Below are positions 55,961 to 64,000 of a DNA stretch of 64,000 bases, piece after piece. A model generated the notes under the pieces. That model was not told the DNA's origin, ran no database searches, and worked only from the letters and a program-made list of their open reading frames with translations. The translations under genes were made by a program, and so were the position numbers. The stretch lies in assembly GCF_009914755.1 (NCBI RefSeq), contig NC_060937.1; one strand, given 5' to 3'. Numbering within the stretch: the first letter of the stretch is position 1; the number at the start of each line of letters is the position of its first letter. This stretch comes from the human T2T-CHM13v2.0 reference genome, Homo sapiens.

Positions 55961-58375
55961 CTAATCTTTATTTCCCCATTTTTTTTTCAGTCAAGTTTTT
56001 TGTTGTTGTTGTTTTAAAAAAAGCGAATTCTATACATCACCTATAAATGTTTCAGTAGGTACCACTGAAAGGCATTTTGTTTCGATTTTTTATATAATCA
56101 CCATGTTATCATCACACCTGTCCAAATTAACTGAAGGTCCTGAATATCATCTAATACCCAGAGCAGAATAAAATTTCTCCCAGCATCTGTCTGATCCAAA
56201 CAAGATCCATGCATTTCATTTGTTGTGATACCTCTTAAGTTTATTTTTTAGAAGAAGAATTTTTGTGCAGTTCCTGGGGCATCCAGAATTGGCTAGTGTC
56301 ATTTGAGATCAGGCGACAGGAACATAAGACAGCCAGGCCCTGATGTGCTCATTGTAGATGTGCCAAGGTGGTCTTCTGAATTTTTTTCTGCATCTGTCAG
56401 GAAATACTATGGTTCCCATTGGGGTATCTAAAGCTCCGTTGATTTAGAACTATTCAGAAAGCTGCTCCCTAGAGCTATGGGGTGATGTAACCAATATTGC
56501 TCAGGTGGTGAGGCTTTGTTTATTTTAAGGTCATTTGAAAGAATTGAGACCTACACGATTATCTTGGGATCTGATGCCTTGGAAAGAAAAGGGGCAAAGG
56601 AGCTACTTATGCTGAGGAAGGCTCCTTGCAGTGCTGAAGCATCCAACAGATGACAAGGGGGCCCCAAACGAAGGAGACTTTAGTATCAGGCTGTCACACA
56701 GCAAACCAGATTGATCGATTTTCCTCCCTCCCTCAGTCCTTTCTTTCTCTCATTGTTTCTCTAAGAATGTTGGCTCTAGCATTCAAATAGGACTTTGGGA
56801 GAGAAGAGAAGATACCAGTAGCCTTCAGTGTTTTCTTTGCTTGTCAGAAGCAGGAAGCCTTTAAAAACAAAACAATAACAACAAAGAAACCGCTCTCTAG
56901 TTCAATATGTGTGGTGTGATAAATGGGGAAAGATCTCAATCTTTTGGACAAAATGGGTTTCTAAATTTATATATTAATTCAATACCTAGCCCAGAAAGCA
57001 GAGAGCTGCCCTGGACTCTGTTTTCTTATTTCCTGCGGGTGTTAAATTACCAAGTTTGGCCAATTTTACCTGCTCATTGTTTCTTGAACTTGTCCCTTTT
57101 TCTGTCTGACTGCTGGCCCAGTTCAGGCCTCTTCGGTGCCTAAACAATCGTGGTTAAATCTTAAGTAAATCAATTTTCCACACTGCAGCCAGAGTGATGA
57201 GCAATTTAAAATACACTGTGACACTATGTTATAAGTCTCCTTTCAAGCTTTTAGTGGCTCTTTATTTCTTTTAGCAGAGCTTGCTCACCAGTGTGCTGGG
57301 CTGGATTATAGATATGCAGGAATATTGATCCCTTTAGCTCCAAGGGTGGCCAAGCTGTGAGCAGCCTTATTGATTTACCCCCATATTCCACACAGATAAA
57401 TTCACTACATGTACTATGATGTAAAAAAAAAGGCTTATAGAATAAAATTCAAGCTGCTCAGACCACTCTCCTCTCACCAGCTCTATCTTCTGCTCCTCCC
57501 TGCCTTGTAGGTAGTAACGTGGAACCACATCTAGCCCCCTGGAAATCATTATATGCCCATACAATTCTCTGTATCTGGAACATTTTTGTGTTTTGCAATT
57601 CTTATTCCTTCAAGTCTCAGTTCAACAATGATCAGTTTCAGTAAGCTTTCCTGGAAATGCAAGGTTAGGCCAAGGGCCCTTTTTCGTGCTTTGCCACCCC
57701 CCTCTTCTTCCCATACTAATCATAAGTGTTCTTCTAACTGATCATTCACCATATTATCAAGAAGTAGTTTTATATATTTGTTCCTTCGTCCAGCCTGACA
57801 GTTCCTTGGGGACAAAGTTAATCACCTAGAAATTCCTTTGCCCAGCACAGTACCTGGCATATAGTAGGTGGTCAGTAAATAAGAAACTCCAGGAAAAACA
57901 TTGAGGACAGTTATGATGCTAAAAACCCCATGCTTCCATGACCTTTGCTAAGGGGGTCTGATTTAAATTGTGTACCAGTACTGGGTGATGAGGCTTTAGG
58001 TCCAAAATATTGGAATATTGAAGTCAATATCATCAAGAACAGATATAGTTGTTCTAACTCTCAGCAGTCTTTATTGTTTTTAACAGCAGCTGATGAGAAG
58101 AAACATCATTTCAAGCAGAGAGAGACAGAGAAGTGAAAGTTGCCGTGTTAGAAAGGATATGATCTGACACTGGGATGCACAGTGACTTCCATTGCCACCT
58201 CAGTTGCTGTGAGCATGTATTTTGGTTGTCAGAATTTGTAGATTATTGGTTCGTGAAAAATAACCATTTCCAAGATTATATGTGTATGAACTGACCAGTA
58301 CAGAGTCAATATTAGAGAAAGATGCTGTCAGTTGTAAAGACCAAAATTTGTAAAATTCTCACATCTTGATATTGA

Positions 58376-58394
58376 GTGCGTGCACGCATGTGCG

Positions 58395-58430
<36 letters not shown>
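58376..58430. repeat. (CA)n microsatellite within an alternating purine-pyrimidine tract
   Basis: GTGCGTGCACGCATGTGCGCATA(CA)nCG. Confidence 0.9.
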
Positions 58431-58432
<2 letters not shown>

Positions 58433-58817
58433 ATTGGAGGATATGCCCCTTTTAAAAACCTGATTTGTTGGAGCCCAATAGCTGCAGAAGCTTTCACCAG
58501 GGCTCTGTGTTCAGAAGTCTTCAGAGATGTTCTCCATAGGCATCTTGAGTAGGAAGGACACCAGGGTTAGGTCACAGTGGCCTCTTTACTTCACTGATTA
58601 TCTTTGGTGGAACAATGGCCAGGGAGGGAGGCAGTGATGCTCTGAGCATTCGAGTAAGAAGGAGGACAGAGAAGTTCCAATAGTGCATTTTTTGATAAAG
58701 GGGCTTTCTTGGTAGGGAGGAATTAGCTTTGACTTGATGTGTGTGATGTACTACGGGAAGGTATGATCCAAGAGCATGCCTGTATACCATCTGCTAGGTA
58801 CAGGAGATCCTTACAGT

Positions 58818-59205
58818 GTGTGTTAGGGCTATTCAGAGCCAGGAAGTCCCATAATCTGCTGTCTGACACCAGGAAAGCCAGTGATGTAACTCAGTTTATT
58901 CCAAAGTCCTGAGAGCCAGCTGGGGAGTGGGGAGGGGCAGGACAAAATGGGTATCCCAGCTCAAACAGAAGCAAATTCACCCTTCTTCTGCTTTTCCATC
59001 TTTTTGTTTTATTCAGGCCCTCAATGGATTGGATGATGCCAACTCCCGTTAGTGAGGATGATCTTTACTCAAGTGCTAGTTTCTTACAGAAACACCTTTA
59101 CACCCAGACATAATGCCTACAGATGCATCCAGGAGTAATGCTTTACCAGCAATCTGGACATCCCACGGCCCAGTCAAGTTGACACATTAAAATTTAACCA
59201 TTACA
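58818..59205. mobile_element. MLT2 (ERVL) LTR remnant
   Basis: CAGGCCCTCAATGGATTGGATGATGCC...GCCCAGTCAAGTTGACACATTAAAATTTAACCATTACA. Confidence 0.8.
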
Positions 59206-59564
59206 CAGTGTTAGAAAGGAAAGATGTAATCATTGAAACCTCATTAATTTGTCTGATTTCAGGGGCTCCAGGGACTTTCTGACATTTCAACTAGCTAGTG
59301 ATTCTCCATCATTAACTAATGTCAGTATCCAAGAACTGATATGCTACAATGTAGAGGCAAAATCTGTCTTATATCCAGCAAGCTGAACATGGCACTATGA
59401 CAAATACAATGTTATTATGACTATGTGGGAGAAAATACCCACAGTCTTATTCCAACCCTAAATCTTAACTAAGCCACCAAAGTTCCACTTTCTTCACTCA
59501 ATGTGTGTCTGAGAGACCGCCAATGACCATGGCTGACATCTTTCAATACGGAAACAGTTTTGAT

Positions 59565-59777
59565 GATATATATATGCATAGCTATAATAAGTTAACATTC
59601 ATCATAAAGACAGTACAGTTGGAATATATACACATAATACATATTATATATATACACACATAGTATTATATACACATAATATTTAAAACATAGTATACAT
59701 ACACACATATGTATCTATACACACATTTTATATGTATATATACCTATATACACACACATACACACACATATCTATAC
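59565..59777. repeat. Degenerate (TA/CA)n low-complexity tract
   Basis: Direct reading. Confidence 0.75.
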
Positions 59778-60213
59778 AAGAAAAACGAAAAGTACTATCT
59801 TAAAGAAGATTTAAAACTAAGAAGAGTAACTGGTTAAAATATATGTCATGAGAAAGACATGCTAATGAGGGATATACTTTTGCATTTATTTAGTTATTCA
59901 ATAATTTACCAAATATTGAATGGGCTTGCATTTATGTAGTTATTCAGTGATTTACCAAATATTTACTAAACATTCTACTATGTTCCGGGGCTTTATTATA
60001 GGTATTGGGATTCATTGAGGAACAAGGCAGACATGAAGTTTACATTCTAGTAGGGGAGAGAAATGATAATCCCATAAGCAAGTTGATCTTAGGTGGTGCT
60101 AAATGCTATGAAGAAAGTAATAGGAAATGCACTGCTAGGGTGTGTCAGAATTTTAGATAGGATTGTCAGAAAAGGCCTCTTTGAGGCTCCTTCTTAATTA
60201 AGGTCTGAGCTGT

Positions 60214-60551
60214 TGTCTTAGTCTGTTCAGGCTGTTATTATTAGACTGGATAATTTATAAACAACAGAAACATATTGCTCACAGTTCTGGAGGCTGGGAA
60301 GTCCAAGATCAAGGTGTCAGCAGAGTTGGTGTCTGGTGAGAGTTTGCTCCCTGCTTCACAGATGGCACCTTCTTACTGCTTCCACACATGGAGAAAGGGG
60401 CAAGGCAGCTCCCTTCAATCTCTTTTATGAGTACTAGCCCCTTAATCAGAACTGGATCACTTCCTAAAAGGCCCTGTCTCTTAATATAATCACATTGGTG
60501 TTAGGTTCCAACATACAAATTTGGGGGGACATCAACACTTAGACCACAGCA
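60214..60551. mobile_element. MaLR solo LTR (MLT1A/MST-type)
   Basis: TGTCTTAGTCTGTTCAGGCTG...CAGTTCTGGAGGCTGGGAAGTCCAAGATCAAGG...AGACCACAGCA. Confidence 0.78.
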
Positions 60552-61659
60552 GACATGCAGTTCTGTAGCTGTATTCTCCTGTTGCTATACAGGATTCTAC
60601 TGATGTGATGGGAAGGCATGGGGGCTGGGAAGTGTTCTACAGTCCTCTAGTCTCAGTCCTTCAGTGAGCCTGTGCCCCTGGGCTGTGACCTTCACAAGTG
60701 CTTCTCAGTACTCCCTCCTCCCCTCTAGATGGGACAGGAGGCTAGAGGGGTTAGAGTTGGATATTTCTCTTCTCCCAGGTAGGTTAGGCTCCAATAAAAC
60801 CCCAACAGTTTTGGGTCTGGTAAAATAGTTTCTTCTGAGAGCAGACCTTGTTAAGAAGAATGCAATTCTCTGGCATATTTCAAAATGGTTCCTTTCCCCT
60901 CCTCCTGCCAGAAGCACAGGGGGATTTTTCTCTCATCTGTCTTGTGAGAACATGGTGGGACTCCTGGAGGTAAAACTCACAAAAGCCTGACTGGATGCCC
61001 CTGAAGTTCTTAACACTCAGAATTGTCTATACTGAGCCTCCTGCAATTTGTCAATTACAATTCAGATTTTCCTGCTTAGGTATTGGTTCTCTCGGAGGTT
61101 TCTGTTCCTGTAAATTAGGATTCTCTGTATCCACCTGTCTGTCTCTCTCATTTTGGGGCAGAGGTTTGTCCTGTGACTTCAATTCTCTGATGGATCTAAG
61201 AAGAATTGTTGACTTTCAGTTTTAAAGTTTATTTTCTGTGAGGATGGAAATGACAATGACCAAAGTCCTTATGTGCATGACGGGAAACCAGGAGCCAAAA
61301 GGCCCCTGTGAACATCTGAGATCTGAATGAAGAGAAGGAGCTGCCATGTGAGGAATGGAGGAGGCTTTTCCAGGCAGGAGGATGGCACGTTCAGAGGCCC
61401 TGGGGTGGGTCCAGCCCAGCATGGAGGCCAATGTGGCTGGAGCCAACTGGTAAGGCAGAGGTGAGGGGAGACAGGTTCAAGACCAGGACTGAGGCAGGGG
61501 CTGGAACATGGAGGAGCAGCAAGGCATGTGGAAAGACTAGGAAGTCTTATAATTGAAATGACTCATTTTGTAAAGATAAGCAAAAAAAAAAAAAAAAAAA
61601 AAAAATGAAATAGCAGGCTTCTGATTACTTCTCCATATGTTATGGAGGTAGAAACATTA

Positions 61660-62011
<352 letters not shown>

Positions 62012-62428
62012 CTATCACACTCTGAGCACAAGTGATAGGAACAAGCAGAATTGAAAAGTGAGGGATCGCTCATTCCAGTAAAAGAGCTTGTGCAAAACTT
62101 GGTTAAAATCTGACTTATGCAGCAGGTGAAGCGAGTGCTCCACTGGTTCGGTGACTCCACAGGGATGGGTTCATTTGAGCAGCCACGTGGCGGCCCTCAG
62201 AATAGTCTGCCCTGTATTGTGGTCATGGGGAATGAAGGGAAATGAAGCTGAGGGTTAGAGATGGGGGTGGCACAGGAGCCATGCGACCTCTAGGGGCACC
62301 TAGAGAAAGGACCTCTGAGCTCCAGAGATCAGACATTGGAGCCTGCTGAAATTGTTTTATGATAACTTGCTTGTCCTGCCAGCAGAGGTTGCTTTCCTAA
62401 CCCTGACTAGGTGCCCCAAGGAAAATTA

Positions 62429-62774
<346 letters not shown>

Positions 62775-63361
62775 TTATACAAAGAAGTAGACAATTGAAC
62801 AATTGCCAGATAAATTCAATTCGTACAAAGATCAAATGTAGTTTTTTCAGATGATAGAACTATTTTACTCCAAGAGTAGTTTTTTTTTTCCTTCCTGAAT
62901 TATTTGTGTGATGGCCCTGATGATGTATATCCCTTCTCCTGTGTGTATCCTGCAGGCTGATTTAGCTTTAAATGTTCTAAGGAACAAGTCTTCCATCATT
63001 TACCTACAGAAATCATCTTGCAGACTGATTTTAGTTCTTTCAGCTGCGTATATGTCTAAGTATTTCTTTTCTCATTTTAATTCCATTATTTCTTTATTCC
63101 ATCACTCCCCTTCGTTATGTTAACACCTTTCTCCAATAATTTAGGAAGTTGTGCCATTTTCTCTCAAGCATGTCCTGGTTCTATAGATCTTACTCCTTTG
63201 AGTTTTCTTCATGATCCAATTGAGGTCTCAAGAATGTTGCCTTTCTCCCCACCCTTCTTCCCAATGTAGGCAGGTGGGGCTGGTGGGGACGTTTGCCACA
63301 CAGAAAAACAGGCTGCAGTGTGGGAGACAGCAAGACCAGAGCCTCACAGGCCCACAGAGTC

Positions 63362-63520
63362 TTTATTTTATTTTCTTAGAAAGGGGTCTCACTCTGTTAC
63401 CCAGGCTGGAGTGTACTGGAGCCATCACGGCTCCCTGCAGCTTCGAACTCCTGGACTCAAGTAATCCTCCTGCCTCCGTGTCTGGAGTAGCTGGAATTTA
63501 CGGGCATGAGCCATTGCTCC
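63362..63520 (-). mobile_element. Alu monomer (FRAM/FAM-like)
   Basis: Single diverged Alu arm with T-rich tail. Confidence 0.75.
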
Positions 63521-63649
63521 TGACACTAGTCCTTTTTCTGAGAAGTCACAGAGAGGTGGGGGGAACTGGCTCAGGCTGCTTCTCCAAGTCAGTGCAGAAG
63601 TTAAGGGGAGCACCTCTGTGGATGTAGAAAAGTCTTCTCCCCACTGTGG

Positions 63650-63998
63650 CTGCATTAGTGTCTCAGGGCAGGACTGTGTTCCCTCTGAAGGCTCAAGGAA
63701 AGAATCCCTCCTTGCTTTTCCCAGCTTCTGGTGGTTTCAGGCATTCCTGAGTTTGTGGCTGCATAACTCCAGTCTCTCCCCCATCTTCACGTTGACTTTG
63801 TCTCTGTAGCTATAGTTTCTCCTCTTTTGCTTCTCTTAAGGACATTTGTCATTGGATTTAAGGTAATCCACGATGATTTTATCCTGAGATACCATCTTAG
63901 TTATATTCTCAAAGACCCATTTTCAAATAAGGTCACCTTCACAGTTTCCAAGGGTTAGAAAATGGACTTATGTTTTGGAAGCTACCTTTCAAACCACG
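63650..63998. mobile_element. MaLR LTR fragment (MLT1C/D-type)
   Basis: CCCTCTGAAGGCTC.AGG.AAGAATCC...CAGCTTCTGGTGG...AATAAGGTCACCTTCACAG. Confidence 0.7.
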
Positions 63999-64000
63999 AC

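Overview
Human-type (primate) genomic DNA that is mostly interspersed repeats. It holds one recognisable protein-coding gene, CBY2/SPERT (chibby family member 2, spermatid-associated), on the + strand. Coding exons at 35694-35768, 36078-36158 and 46485-47675 have canonical phase-0 GT-AG junctions and give 448 aa; a candidate alternative first exon at 36847-36894 gives 412 aa. Also present: the 5' half of an inactivated L1PA3-like LINE-1 (- strand), processed pseudogenes of COX4I1 (+) and AKR1B1 (-), a two-LTR ERV1 provirus with an env relic just upstream of CBY2 plus an inverted LTR fragment, solo LTRs, MaLR LTRs, hAT and TcMar DNA-transposon relics, and about 16 Alus. Most unusual observations: (1) three upstream ORFs before CBY2, each ending in a stop that overlaps the next start (TGATG, ATGA, TGATG) and cycling through all three frames into the main ORF; (2) the LTR arrangement at the CBY2 promoter; (3) tRNA-Arg-like tandem repeats in the proviral leader; (4) a 121-bp exon-like duplication in intron 2. 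Repeat family names and boundaries are by eye from remembered consensus sequences and are approximate.
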